Below are positions 35,911 to 52,430 of a stretch of DNA of 64,000 nucleotides, one piece after another. The DNA is taken from the NCBI RefSeq assembly GCF_009914755.1, contig NC_060935.1, one strand, 5' to 3'. Under the pieces are notes generated by a model. It saw only the letters and a list, made by a program, of their open reading frames with translations. It did no database searches and was not told the origin of the DNA. Both the position numbers and the translations under genes were made by a program. This DNA is from the human T2T-CHM13v2.0 reference genome, Homo sapiens. Positions within the stretch are counted from its first letter, which is position 1, and every line of letters begins with the position of its first letter.

Positions 35911-37723
35911 TGAATTTTTAGTGGAGACGGGGTTTCACCGCGTTGGCCAGGCTGGTGTCGAACTTCTGACCTCAAGTGGTCTGTCCGCCTCAGCCTCCCA
36001 AAATGTTGGGATTACAGGTATGAGCCACTGCACCCAGCCAGCATTCTTTTTCTCTACACTGCTTACTTCTCTGTGGCTTCATTCTCAGGCAGCCTGTACC
36101 TGCAGGGTGGCAAATATGGCCAAGTCACTTTAAGGCTTTCTTTGATGAGTTCTGGGGTTGCCTTTCATTGGCGTGGCTCACTGGGTCCTGCCCCTCCCTG
36201 AATAATCACTTTGGCTAGGAGAATGCAGTTCCTATCCCCTTGGCAGAAGTGGTCACTTTCAGTTCAATCACATGGATTTGGTTCCTCCAAGAAAGAGAGG
36301 TTCTGTTACCAAAGGAAGAGGCAAAGGATGCTTAGCTGACGAAGACCTCAGGTGCCCTCTGTGCCTTCTTTGCTGTGCCCAGATGATGCCTTTGGCCAGC
36401 TTTTTCCTGTACTGCTCATTATAAAAACAATATGTAATGAAGTGGAGAAAACTTATTTCTCAAAAATTCCTGGACAGGCACTGTGGCTCACGCCTATAAT
36501 TTCAGTGCCTTGGGAAGCTGAGGTGGGAGGCCAGGAGTTTGAGACGAGCCTGGGCAACACACTGAGATCCCATCTCCATTTAAAATATGTATATTAAAAA
36601 AACAAATCCTAAGGGAAGACTGGAGATAGGCTGGTGGGTGATTTGGACAGAGAGGGGCCATCTCTATGCCCAGGGCCTGGATGTCCCATGAACAGCTTTT
36701 CCTGGGGTCAGGCAGGCAGGGGTGGAGGGCACCAGCAGGAGGAGATGGAGGACTGGGCTATGCCAGGTGCCGCCTCCTGTCCATGCCCCACCCTGATTCT
36801 CCATCACGGGCCGATTCCCTGCAATGCCCAGGAGGACTGGAGTGAGAAAGTGGGCTCTCCATGATGGAGACTGAGGAGGGGAGAAAGCTACAGGCTTGGT
36901 TTGCTCTGTTGCAGAGGAGGGAAGTGGCCTTGAGCTGCCTAGGCCTGGGAATTGGGGTTCAGACTGAGCTCTAAGTAAATCTGCAATGGGCAGGAGGCCT
37001 AAGGGATCATATGTTTTCTGAAAATCAAAGATGCAGGCCGGGCGCGGTGGCTGACGCCTGTAATTCCAGCACTTTGGGAGGCTGAGGTGGGCGGATCACG
37101 AGGTCAGGAGATCGAGACCATCCTGGCTAACATGGTGAAACCCCGTCTCTACTAAAAATACAAAACATTAGCCAGCCATGGTGATGGGCGCCTGTAGTCC
37201 CCGCTACTCAGGAGGCTGAGGCAGGAGAATGGTGTGAACCTGGGAGGCAGAGCTTGCAGTGAGCCGAGATCATGCCACTGCACTCCAGCCTGGGCGACAG
37301 AGTAAGACTCTGTCTCAAAAAAAAAAAAAAAAAAGAAAAAAGAGAAAAAGAAAATCAAAGATAAACTGGGGTGTTTTCCAATACCAGCAACCACTTCTCT
37401 GACTCTCCAGATACCAGCTTAGTGTTTGAGAAAAGAAAAATCCCTCAGAGCAGTCTGACCTACGTGAGGTGCACGAATGAATCAGGCCGGGAGAGACATG
37501 GATGTGGACTTCAGTTGCATACCCCCTGCCTGGAGGTAATCATATAAAGGCATTTTGACTGACTAGCTGCCTCACCCATTATCTTCATGCTCCTGGAATT
37601 TGTGATACAAAGCACAATGTATAGCCAATCAATAGCTTATGTTATTTTACTGAGATAGGGTCTCACTATGTTGCCCAGGCTGGCCTCAAACTCCTGTGAT
37701 CCTCAAGTGATCCTCCCACCTCA

Positions 37724-38087
<364 letters not shown>

Positions 38088-38229
38088 TTAGGGATTGCCT
38101 CTTTTCTTTTTCCTTAAAAACCAGCTTCTAACTGCTGCTAATCAGAGTGTACATTTAGGGCAACTTGAGTCTGTGCTCCCAGGCGGCCACCCTCAGGCTT
38201 TAGACTCTATACTTAATAATATTTTCTGA

Positions 38230-38411
<182 letters not shown>

Positions 38412-39345
38412 TAGCTAATTTTTGTACTTTTAGTAGAAACGGGGTTTCATCATCTTGGCCAGGCTGGTCTTGAACTTCTGACCTTGTGATCCACCTGCCC
38501 TGGCCTCCCAAAGTGCTGGGATTACAGGCGTGAGCCATTGTGCTGGCCTGAATCTTGTTATTTAAAGTCGACATTTTGCACCCCAGATGGAACCTGAAGG
38601 GAGCCTCCAGCGATCCCACCGCTTCCCCAGCAACCAGAGCCTTGGTACCAGCATGAGCAACTTACTCACTTTACTTTGCCCAAGCCAGCAAGGATTTCTA
38701 ATAAGGCCCCTCTCAGGGCCGAATTCCTCCCAGGTTTGGTTGTGAATTCAGACTTGCTTCAAGCTACACATATTCTTTACTCGGTGGGGTTGGAGTCAAA
38801 ACTCTACTGAGAGGTGGGAGTTTCATCTGTTATTCTCTAGAGACTCTGCTGATCACATATTCATAATTTTCAGTTTTCTCCGAGGTTAAGATTTTGTTTG
38901 TCTTACTCATTAGAATTTGCAACCTTTTTTCTCATTTCAAATTTTGATCAGGGAGAAAATAGTTTCTCTCCAAAAAGAGAAAGTGAAATCTTTGTGGCTT
39001 CAGTGTCAAATCTGTAATCTTTCAAACTGGCCAGGTTCTGAGGCTCGGTTCAATGGTCTAAAACTGAGTGTTCCTCCTGAAGGCAAGATCCACATGAAAA
39101 CATAGGCTGGATTTGTGTTTAACACTGTGGCGCGCCTCTTCATGCAAATATTTAGAAAACTGGTCATGCATAACTTGTGATGACCCAGCTTATAATGGCC
39201 AAAATGGAGGACTTTGAAATGCCTACATGAGTTCATCTGCATGCACAACTGGAAAAAGCTGGTTTTAGGAGCAGACAAATGGGGCCGGGCGTGGTGGCTC
39301 ACGCCTGTAATCCCAGCACTTTGGGAGGCAGAGGCGGGCGGATCA

Positions 39346-39564
<219 letters not shown>

Positions 39565-40491
39565 CTAAACAAATGGAATGAGCGACTTACTTCCAATAGC
39601 ACCTAGAAGCTTCTAAAAGACATTCTGAGAGAAAAAATTGCCTCCATTCAAGAGGTAAACAAAAGGATATTTGAAACTAGTTCTAAATTAAGAAAGACTT
39701 CGGAGGCTTTTTCTCTTTCTCCTCCAGCTGCCCCTTCGTCCTCTCCCCTGCGATCTGAACTCACCTCTCTCTGCTAGTTCCCTCGGCTCCCATACATCTC
39801 TCAGGCAGAGATTTTTGGAATTCCACAATACACACATTTCCTTCTCTCCAAAGGGGGGAATGTGTCTAAATTTGGAACAAAGGAAACAAATGGAACCACT
39901 TCACAATGAGAATGACTTACTAACATTATAAAATACAGATCCAACATTTTTTTTTCTCTAAACAAGGATGAATGAATGACACTGATGATTTATTGACCCA
40001 ATATCGGACAATACCCTTTAAAAGCCCTGCTGGACTTCACAGTCCCTTGGAGATGTAAATCTTACCAGGTATTTGAAATGTTAACTTCCAGGGAATTGGC
40101 TAAGCCATGTTCTAGTTGAGATCAGATCTGAAACAAGTTAAAATCCTTTACATGTTCAAACTGCCTGCTTTGCTTCTGCTGCAGGCCTCACAAAGCAATG
40201 GGATCTGGTGGCTATGATTCCGGGCATTCACAGCGGCAGCCCGGGTTGGACTCCTGGTCAGGGAACCAGTCTTGTTTGTTTTAAATTATTGGAGTGACTC
40301 TTCACCTTTTGGGTAGCCATTTGTTATTGGTCCTCGTCCTTCCCATGGGCAGCTTCCGATTTCCTGTTTTTTCCCATCTGTGGGGCATATGGGGATTTTG
40401 AGCCTTTATGCATAGGTGGTCGGCTGAGAAGGTGACATCCTGGAATATGGCTGGACAGAAATGTGGGTCACGCTCCATTTGCAGCTTGTGA

Positions 40492-41020
40492 TGTCAGAGG
40501 CATTTGAACCAGAGCAATTCCATCTTGAATGACCTACTGGGCTGCATTCCCAGACGGTTACGGAATTCTGAGTCACAGGATGAGATAGGAGGTCGGCACA
40601 AGATACAGGTCATAAAGACCTTGCTGATAAAACAGTTTGCAGTAAAGAAGCCGGCCAAACCCCACCAAAACGAAGATGGCGGCGAGAGTGACCTCTGGTC
40701 GTCCTCACTGCTACACTCCCATCAGCACCGTGACAGTTTATAAATGCCATGGCAACGTCAGGAAGTTACCCCATATGGTCTAAAAAGAGGAGGCATGAAT
40801 AATCCACCCCTTGTTTAGCATATCATCAAGAAATAACCATAAAAATGGGCAACTAGCAGCTCTCGGGGCTGCTCTGTCTATGGAGTAGCCATTCTTTTAT
40901 TCCTTTACTTTTTTAACAAATTTGCTTTCACTTTACTCTATGGACTCACCCTGAATTATTTCCTGCGTGAGATCCAAGAACCCTCTCCTGGGTCTCGATC
41001 GGGACCCCTTTCCAGTAACA
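40492..41020 (+). mobile_element. MER41A-type solo LTR
   Basis: TGTCAGAGGCATTTGAACCAGAGC...GGGACCCCTTTCCAGTAACA. TSD GTGA at 40488-40491 and 41021-41024. Confidence 0.9.
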
Positions 41021-41352
41021 GTGAGACTTTTCCTTCTTTGAGCTGTCTTTAGGGTGGTTCTGGATCTCGTGAGGATCACTTTGCACTTCTTTGGAGATGT
41101 CTTGTGTGTTCTTGGCTAAGTCATAACCTTGGTTAAGGGTTACTGGTTTTGGTGAGTCACTTGAAAAGGAACTTTTTTTTTTAAGGTGAATTAAATGTTC
41201 ATAAATGATAGGCCTTCAGGTAAAGTAGCCTTTCTTCTTTTTCAGAGCTATCCATGCTGAGTCCAGGCATGGAGAATGCTTTCTTTGCTTCAGGGTGAAG
41301 CTCTTTAATAAGCTTCACCCTGAAGTCAGTTATGTGATCAAGAAACAAGCTA

Positions 41353-41634
<282 letters not shown>

Positions 41635-42510
41635 TCAAAACAACAACAACAACAACAAAAAAAAACAATTAGCCAGGCACGGTGGTGCACGCCTGTAATC
41701 CCAGTTACTCAGGAGGCTGAGGCAGGAGAATTACTTGAACCCTGGGGAGGCAGAGGTTGCAGTGAGCCAAGATTGCACCACTACACTCTAGCCTGGGTGA
41801 CAGAGCAAGACTCTATCTCAAAAACAAACAAACAAACAAACAAAAAACCGAAAACAAAAAACAAAAAACCCCAAAACCAAAATCAAAAACTCTGCTTCTT
41901 CTGTGTGTCTTTACACCTCTATATCTATATATAGATATATAGATTTTTCTTTTTGAGACAGAGTCTCACTCTGTCGTCCAGGCTGGAGCGATCTCGGCTC
42001 ACTGCAACCTCTGCCTCCCGGGTTGAATTGATTCTTCTGCCTCAGCCTCCTGAGTAGCTGGGACTACATATGTGTGCCACCACGCCTGGCTAATTTTTGT
42101 ATTTTTAGTAGAGATGGTGTTTCACCATATTGGCCAGGCTGGTCTCGAACTCCTGACCTTGTGATCAGCCCGCCTCGGCCTCGCAAAGTGCTGGAATTAC
42201 AGGCATGAGCCACCGCACCCGACCACGTCTATATATTTTTATATGTCATGTGTTTGTGATATTTCACCGCCAAAATATATGAAAGAGCTCCAATTAATTA
42301 GCTTACAGAAAAAGAAAGTGTTTTAATCAAATGTTTCATCAGGAAAACAGAAACTAACTCAAAAATCTTTTAGTTCACATGACTTGGGTACATTTTTGGT
42401 AAATAAGACTAGTTCAATATTGTTGGCTTGGCTGGGCATGGTGGCTCATGCCTATAAACCCAGGACTTTAGGGGGCCGAGGCTAGAGGATCACTTGAACC
42501 CAGGAGTTTA

Positions 42511-42795
<285 letters not shown>

Positions 42796-43580
42796 TTAAT
42801 AAAAACAGCTCTCAGAGAGAATAAGAAAACAAAAAACAAAACAAACCAAAAAACCAGCTCTGTCTTCTGATCAGCAAAATACCCATGTATGTAAGCTGAG
42901 ATTGCGCCACTGCACTCCAGCCTGGGAGATGGAGCGAGACTCCTTCTCAAACAAAAAACCAAAAACTGACAAGGGGGAAAGTAAAGTAAATTTATGTTCG
43001 AAAGTTGAATGCCAACATTCAACAGAGCTCTTAGGTGATGACTGCCTAACATTTGAAGGCTATAAAAATGATTAACAAAGAAAGAACTTAGGAGGATGGT
43101 GAGCTTTGTTTATTGAAATATTCAAGCATAATTGTTGAGAATGAATAAATTAAATAAATGTCAATGGGGTAAAAGTTTAAAAAGGAACTTTTCATAGTTT
43201 CAAACATCTTTTGCAGAAACTTAATGCCGTTATGTTAACGACATATTAAGTAATTCATCATCATAAAATGTCTGAGTTGTTTATATGGTATAGAAAAACT
43301 AAATATATTTAGATCTGTTAATAAACAAAAAACCAATAAAACATTTTTCTAAAAATATTATGAAATGGTTTTCATCTACAAATACCGGTATAAAACAGTT
43401 TAAGGCCGGGCACGGTGGCTCACACCTGTAATCCTAGCATTTTGGGAGGCCGAGGCGGGTGGATCACTCGGATCAGGAGTTCGAGACCAGCCTGGCCAAC
43501 ATGGTGAAACCCCGTCTCTACTAAAAACATACAAAAATTAGCCAGGCATGGTGGTGGGCGCCTGTAATCCCAGCTAGTCA

Positions 43581-43730
<150 letters not shown>

Positions 43731-43793
43731 CTAGGTTTTTCACTGCAAATTAGGATTACTAAGAGTTAAAATTTGGCAGGGTGCAGTGGCTCA

Positions 43794-44101
<308 letters not shown>

Positions 44102-44228
44102 CTAACTATAACAGAAACAATTCTATCTATAGAGTGTATACAGAAAGTAAGACATGTTTTTGGTTGGAAGGCTGAGACAGGAGGATTGCTTGAGCCCAGG
44201 AGTTTGAGGCTGCAGTGAGCTATGATCA

Positions 44229-44706
<478 letters not shown>

Positions 44707-45213
44707 CTAAGATTGAATGCTAACATAAAAAAGGGAGTATAGGATAAAACTGAAGATTTAAGCAAGTCGTAGATTTACAGGAGATTAATCTCATGAGAGA
44801 AATTTTGTGTGTGATCAAGTTGGTTAAAATTGGAAGGGAATTATTTATAAGTTTTTCTAAAAAGCGAGCATTAATATCAAAAGCACTGATGCAAGGCCAG
44901 AGGCTGAGCCTGTGTCGGAACAACAGGGTTTTCGCTCAGCAGTGACCTGCTCTTTAATAGAAAATCCCAAGAGGTAAAGAAAGATTTATGGAAATCTTAC
45001 CTTGTGTGGTCAAAGCTGACTGAGATTGGTTGAATTTGTTTGTAATATTTTATTAAAATTGGCTTTCATATTGATAATACATTAATATAAGGTAAAATTT
45101 GGTTTTCTCCTTTGAACAAGAATTTAGCGTTGTATTAATAAGAGATACTAGGCCGGGCGCTGTGGCTCATGCCTATAATCCCAGCACTTAGGGAGGCCGA
45201 GGCTGGCGGATCA

Positions 45214-45462
<249 letters not shown>

Positions 45463-45830
45463 TTACCTTTTGAATAAACTGCAAAAAAAAAAAAAAATGA
45501 GTGGGAGAGTTTGCCTCAGGCTATCTTTATTGGGTATTTAAATTGTTTAGGAAACTGAGTCTCCTCTCTAATCCAAGAGTAAAGTTTTTTGCTTTTTGAA
45601 ATCTTTGAGTTATCATTTTGGCTAAATTAATAACTTTTTTAAAAAATTTTCTTAGAGGCCAGGCATAGTGGCTCACGCCTGTAATCCCAGAACTTTGGGA
45701 GGACGAGGCAGGTGGATCACTTGAGGTCAGGAGTTCAAGACCAGCCTGACCAACATGGTGAAACCTGGTCTCCACGAAAATTAGCTGGGCATGGTGGTGC
45801 ATGCCTGTAATCCCAGCTACTCAGGAATTA

Positions 45831-46075
<245 letters not shown>

Positions 46076-46761
46076 TAATAATATTAGCCTGGGCAACATA
46101 GTGTGACCCTGTCTCTATTTAAAAAAAATTTTAAATATTAGCAAGGCTGGCTAATATTTGACTTTTTTGTTTTTATAGAATCAGAGTCACACTATGTTGC
46201 CCAGGCTGTTCTCAAACTCCTAGGCTCAAGTGATCCTTCTGCCTTGCCTCCCAAAGTGCTAGAATCACAGGCATGAGCTACTGCACCTGGCCTAAATTAA
46301 TGACTTTTATTTTATAGTAACCTGTATCCTATTTTGATTATGTGTTTTAAACCTTACTTATTTTATTTATTTATTTAATTTTTTTTTGAGATGGAGTCTT
46401 GCTCTTGTTGCCCAGGCTGGAGTGCAGTGGCGAGATCTCGGCTCACCACAAGCTCCACCTCCCAGATTCACGCCATTCTCCTGCCTCAGCCTCCTGAGTA
46501 GCTGGGACTACAGGCGCCCGCCACCACGCCCGGCTAATTTTTTTGTATTTTTAGTAGAGATGGGGTTTCACCGTGTTAGCCAGGATGGTCTCGATCTCCA
46601 GACGTCGTGATCCGCCCGCCTCGGCCTCCCAAAATGCTGGGATTACAGGCGTGAGCCACTGTGCCCGGCCAAACCTTACTTATTTTAATATCAAGTGTTT
46701 TGAACCTTTAATATTTGACATACTTCCAAAAATTAAATTTCAAAATTTTTGTTTTTTTTGA

Positions 46762-46869
<108 letters not shown>

Positions 46870-47138
46870 TAGCTGGGACTACAGGTGCACACCAACATGG
46901 CTGGCTAATTTTTGTATTTTTGGTAGAGGCGGGGTTTCACCATGTTGGCCAGGCTGGTTTTGAACTCCTGACCTCAAGTGATCCACCCGCCTCAGCCTCC
47001 CAAGGTGCAGGGATTACAGGGGTAAGCCATCACACCTGGGCACCTAATTTAAATTTCAAATTTAGAAAAATTTTTGACATATTTCCCAAAGTTAATTAAG
47101 TCTTTTTTTATCTGAACTATCTTGGACACAAGAAATAG

Positions 47139-47348
<210 letters not shown>

Positions 47349-47869
47349 TGAGTAGCTGGATTACAGGCGCACCCCATCACACCCAGCTAATTTTTGTATT
47401 TTTAGTAGAGATGGGGTTTTGCCATGTTAATCAGGCTGGTCTCGAACACCAGACCTCGTGATCCACTCGCCTTGGCCTCCCAAAGTGCTGGGATTACAGG
47501 CATAAGCCACCACGCCCAGCTGGTGTTTAACTTTCTTTGAGTTATATTTCTATAAATGTGTTATTAATATGTGTTCCAAAATTGTATGAGATTCTTAAAA
47601 TGACATGTCTCGGTATATGTTTTCAGTGATAATGTTGTTAAATTTTTGTATGTCACAGAAATAACCAAGTTTCCTTGTCAGTTGCATCTTTAACCATGGC
47701 TAGTCTAAGTTTTTTGTCATCCACAGACAATTATTGTTTTACTTTGATTCTCAAAAATTAGTTTATAATCAGCTACAGTCCAAAATTTGCTTCTTAAGGA
47801 AACTCACAGAAAACGATGCTGAAAAGTACTCTTGAGTATAGGTTTCCAGTAAATTTATTTATTAATTAA

Positions 47870-48049
<180 letters not shown>

Positions 48050-48142
48050 TAAATTTTTTGTACAGTCTTTCTGTGTCACTCAGGCTGGTCTCAAACTCCT
48101 GACCTCAGGTGATCCTTTTGCCTTGTCCTTCCAAAGTGCTGG

Positions 48143-48598
48143 TAAGATAGGAGAACAGGGAATTAGGGTAACAAAGGGTTAAGGCATAAGCAAAAAACAG
48201 CAGGGGCAGCCAGTTCTAGGCAAGATTAGGCAGCACGCAGGCCACGTCCTCACTCCTGTGATAACAAGACAGGAGTCTCCACTTCTGCCTCTGATTGACC
48301 ACAGGCAGGGTCTGCACTTCAGCCTCTGATTGGTCACGGGCCAATCGCTTACAGGGTGTAACCAATTGGAAGCCTCTGCAGGGCACCTATGGTGTTACCA
48401 AATTCTTTTGGCTTAATAAAAACCCTGAAGCATATTGTAATTGGGGCTGCTTGAGCCTGCTCCCACTCTGTGGAGCGTGCTTTTGCTTTAATAAATCTAT
48501 GCTTTCATCTTCTGTTGCTTTGTGCATTTTGTTCAGTTCTTTGTTCAACACGCCAAGAACCTGGACAACTCACAGTCAAGACTTTCCATCTGGTAACA
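48143..48598 (+). mobile_element. MER51-family solo LTR inserted into an AluJ-like element
   Basis: Splits the Alu at CCAAAGTGCTGG|...|CTGGGACCACAG and ends TGGTAACA. TSD CTGG at 48139-48142 and 48599-48602. Confidence 0.8.
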
Positions 48599-49221
48599 CT
48601 GGGACCACAGTCACGAGCTACCGCACCCTGCTCTGGTAACTTTAGAGATCATACCACTGAACTAAGTAAAAACTTCCAGAACCCTAATAAAGAACTGATG
48701 CATTCATGAAGATTGTGAACACAACATCAAGCAGAACGAGAATTAATTACGAAGGACAGAACCGATAGGGGACTAAAATGATTTTTATGACTTTTGTTTG
48801 TTTGAAACGTTGCTGATTCTTTTTATATTTTGTTTTCTAGAAACAAGAAAACTTTTTCTTTTGAGCTATTTATAACTCACAGCCATTGGGCAAAGTATAC
48901 TTTTGTGAGCAAAATTGAAATATTTACCTTTCTCTCTACCTGATTTCTCCAAAATTTGGACACTATTTGTGACGATTCTTATTTTATTGCAATACAGTTA
49001 TTTGCATAAGTTCAGTAAGACTATGTTTTCTTTTGTAACTGGGCACACTGAAGACACTCGTAATTTTACCAAGGCTTTGACTGTACTGGCATATTTTCAG
49101 ATACAGCCAGACTGTTTTGAGGAGTTGAGGCTGATTTTATAGAGCCAGTAAAAAGTCCCTTGGAAAGATTGGTCTGGTACCTGGTTTTTATGGTTCCCTT
49201 ACAAGCTTCCTGACCTTGTGG

Positions 49222-50193
49222 TGTGGGCGGCAAGCCACCCACGTGCCGAGGCAAGAGACCGAAGGCATGAGCTCTTCCAGCATAATAAAGAAAATAATTA
49301 GAATAAGAATAGTTATACTAGAAATAGAATATAGACATGATTATATATGAATATTATCAATCATTAGTTTGTAGCATTACTCTTTATTATATTAATCTCT
49401 GTTCTATAATTATTACCTGTTCTATACTTATTACCTAAGGAAAACCAGGCCATACAGAATTAGGAGCTGAAGGGACACGGTGAGAAGTGACCAGAAGGCA
49501 AGAATGTGAGCCCTCTGTCAAGCCCGCACAAGGGCCACTAGAGGGCTCCTTGGTCTAGCAGTAACGCCAGTGCCTGGGAAGGCACCTGTTACTTAGCAGA
49601 CTGGGAAAGGGAGTCTCCCTTTCCCCCAGGGAGTTAGAGAACACTCTGCTTCACCACCTCCTGTGGAAGGCCTGCCATCAGCCAGGCCTGCCCGCAGCCA
49701 TCCGGAGGCCTAAATGTCTCCCTGTGATGCTGTGCTTCAGTGGTCACGATCCTGGTCCACTTTCATGTTCCGCTCTGTGCACCTGGCCCCGCCTTCTAGA
49801 TAGCAGTAGCAGAATTAGTGAAAGTATTAAAGTCTTTGATCTTTCCGAGAAATGCATAGAAGAAATAATGACGTAAGCTGTCCCCTCTCTCTCTCCGCCT
49901 CGGCTACCAAATAGGAAATGGCCCCGTTCGGTGGACACATGACTCGCGTGACCTTACCCTTACATTGGACTTTACATTGGAGATGACTCACGCTCCTTAC
50001 CCTGCCCCCTTGCCTTGTATACAATAATTATCAGCGCGGCCAGGCATTTGGGCCTTCGCGTCTTGGTGGTAGTGGTCCCCCAGGCCCAGCTGTCTTTTCT
50101 TCTATCTCCTTGTCTTGTGTCTTTATTTCTACAATCTCTCGTCTCCGCACACGAAGAGAAAAACCCATAGGCCCTGTAGGGCTGGACCCTACA
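49222..50193 (+). mobile_element. LTR13-type (ERVK) solo LTR
   Basis: TGTGGGCGGCAAGCCACCC...GGGCTGGACCCTACA. 6-bp TSD TTGTGG at 49216-49221 and 50194-50199. Confidence 0.9.
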
Positions 50194-52304
50194 TTGTGGT
50201 AAGGAAAGAATGTCACTTTCTGACAAGCCCAGGAACCTCAAGATATTTGGGACCTTGAGAAGAGAGGAATTCACCCAATTCATACAGGTACTACAGGCAC
50301 AGGCTGATCATGAATCCATGGGTTGGCTTCAAAGCCTGGGGAGGCTTTCAAAAGTCCAACCTGAGATTCTTCATGAAAAAGCTCCAGCAAAGCCAATTTA
50401 AAAGAGCCTGTATGGCCATTCACTATTCTCATTGCACTTTTTACAAATAATCAGGCCAAGTATAATACTAAAACTTATTTGGCAACAAAATCAGCCCTAC
50501 TAAGATTTCTTTTGATAGAAATGCAGAACTGGAGAGTGAGAGAGAATCAATCTTTAAAAAGCAAACTGTGGCACATCTGTTATTAGATTCCAGCCCTGAC
50601 CATTGTTTTTGAGATTTTATTGTTTTCCTACAATTTTGACTAAATCTTGAATTATTTCCTGGCCACAAGTCTCTAAAGAAGGACTGGGTTTTAATTTTCT
50701 TCCTGATGTTTTTAGTTGATTCCCTGATAGAATAGGTTTTTGTTGTCATTCTGACATACAAATTCTTTGGTTGTGATTCTTTTTTTGTTTTTGAGGTAGA
50801 GTTTTGCTCTGTCGCCCAGGCTGGAGTGCAGTGCAGTGGTACGATCTCAGCTCACTGCCACCTCTGCTTCCCTGGTTCAAGCGATTCTCCTGCCTCAGCC
50901 TCCTGAGTAGCGGGGACTACAGGTGTCCACCACGACACCTGGCTAATTTTTGCACTTTTAGTAGAGATGGGGTTTCACCATGTTGGCCAGGCTGATCTTG
51001 AATTCCTGACCTCAGGTGATCTGCCTGCCTCAGCCTCCCAAAGTGCTGGGATTACAGACATGAGCCACCGCGTCTGGCCGGTTGTGATTTTTATATACAC
51101 CCCTCCATTTTTTTTTTTTTTAAGAGACAGAGTCTGGCTCTGTCACCCAGGCTGGAGTGCAGTGGTGTGATCTTGGCTTACTGTAGCCTCCGCCTCCTGA
51201 GCTCAAGGGATCCTCCTACCTCAGCCTCCCGAGTAGCTGAGACTACAGGCACACATCACAACTCCCGGCTAATTATTGTACTTTTTTGTAAAGACAGGGT
51301 TTTACTATGTTGCCCAGGCTGGTCTCAAACTCCTGAGCTCAAACAATCCATCCACCTTGGCCTCCCTAAGTCCTGGGATTACAGGTGTGAACCACCACAC
51401 CTGGCCTGTTTTACTCCCGAGAAAACTACGCTCATTGTATTCTGAACACTAGAGACGAAGTGACAGCAGGTATATAAATCAGACGGAGGTCTCATTTTTG
51501 CCACCCTGCAATGCCATCCTAATTTGGCTTTTGGTGCTCTTAAAATTCCTCTTTGAGATGTATTCTCCCCCGGCACCCCACAGCATCAGACGGGACCAGC
51601 CAGGGAGGAGCCTTCCTAGAGATACAAGGCTAAGACTAAGGAGTGAAAATGAGTTCACTTGAGATGCTGCTTTTTTTGAAAGATCTTGATGAAAAGGAGG
51701 GAAATGAGCAAAGAAAAGTAGCTCAGAGAAGTCTTAGCTGTGCAAAGTCTGAAAAATTCATCAGGCTCAGGGAGATGTGATCATGAAACTCCAGCGACCC
51801 TCACATCTGCAGCCACACCCCACCCGCGCAATTGTTTAAAGGCATTTCATTCCTGTTTCCTGCCTCACTCATTATGTTCATGTTCCTGGGATTTGTGATA
51901 CAAAGAACAATGTACAGCCAGTTGATAACTTATGTTATTTTATTGTAAATTCTTGGTAAACAACTTAGGAACTGCCTCTGTCTTTTTAACTTAAAAACCT
52001 GGGCCTCCTAGCCTGGGCAACACAGCAAGACCCGGTCTCTATGAAAAAGTTCTTTTTATTTGTTTTTTTTTTTTGAGACCTCCTGGGTTCAAGTGATTCT
52101 CCCGCCTCATCCTCCGGAGTAGCTGGGATTACAGGCACCCGCGATCATGCCTGGCTAATTTTTTTTGTATTTTTGTAGAGACGGGGTTTCACCATGTTGG
52201 CCTGGCTGGTCTTAAACTCCTGACCTCAGGTGATCCGACTGCCTTGGCCTCCCAAAGTGCTGGGATTACAGGCGTGAGCCACCCCACCAGGACAAAAAGT
52301 TTTA

Positions 52305-52430
<126 letters not shown>

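Noticed and set aside
39030-39280. gag-like remnant as a functional retroviral ORF
   Set aside because: Stops, frameshifts and an Alu insertion; only a short motif survives.
41920-41939. 20-bp perfect palindrome TATATCTATATATAGATATA
   Set aside because: Low-complexity TA sequence; expected from slippage.
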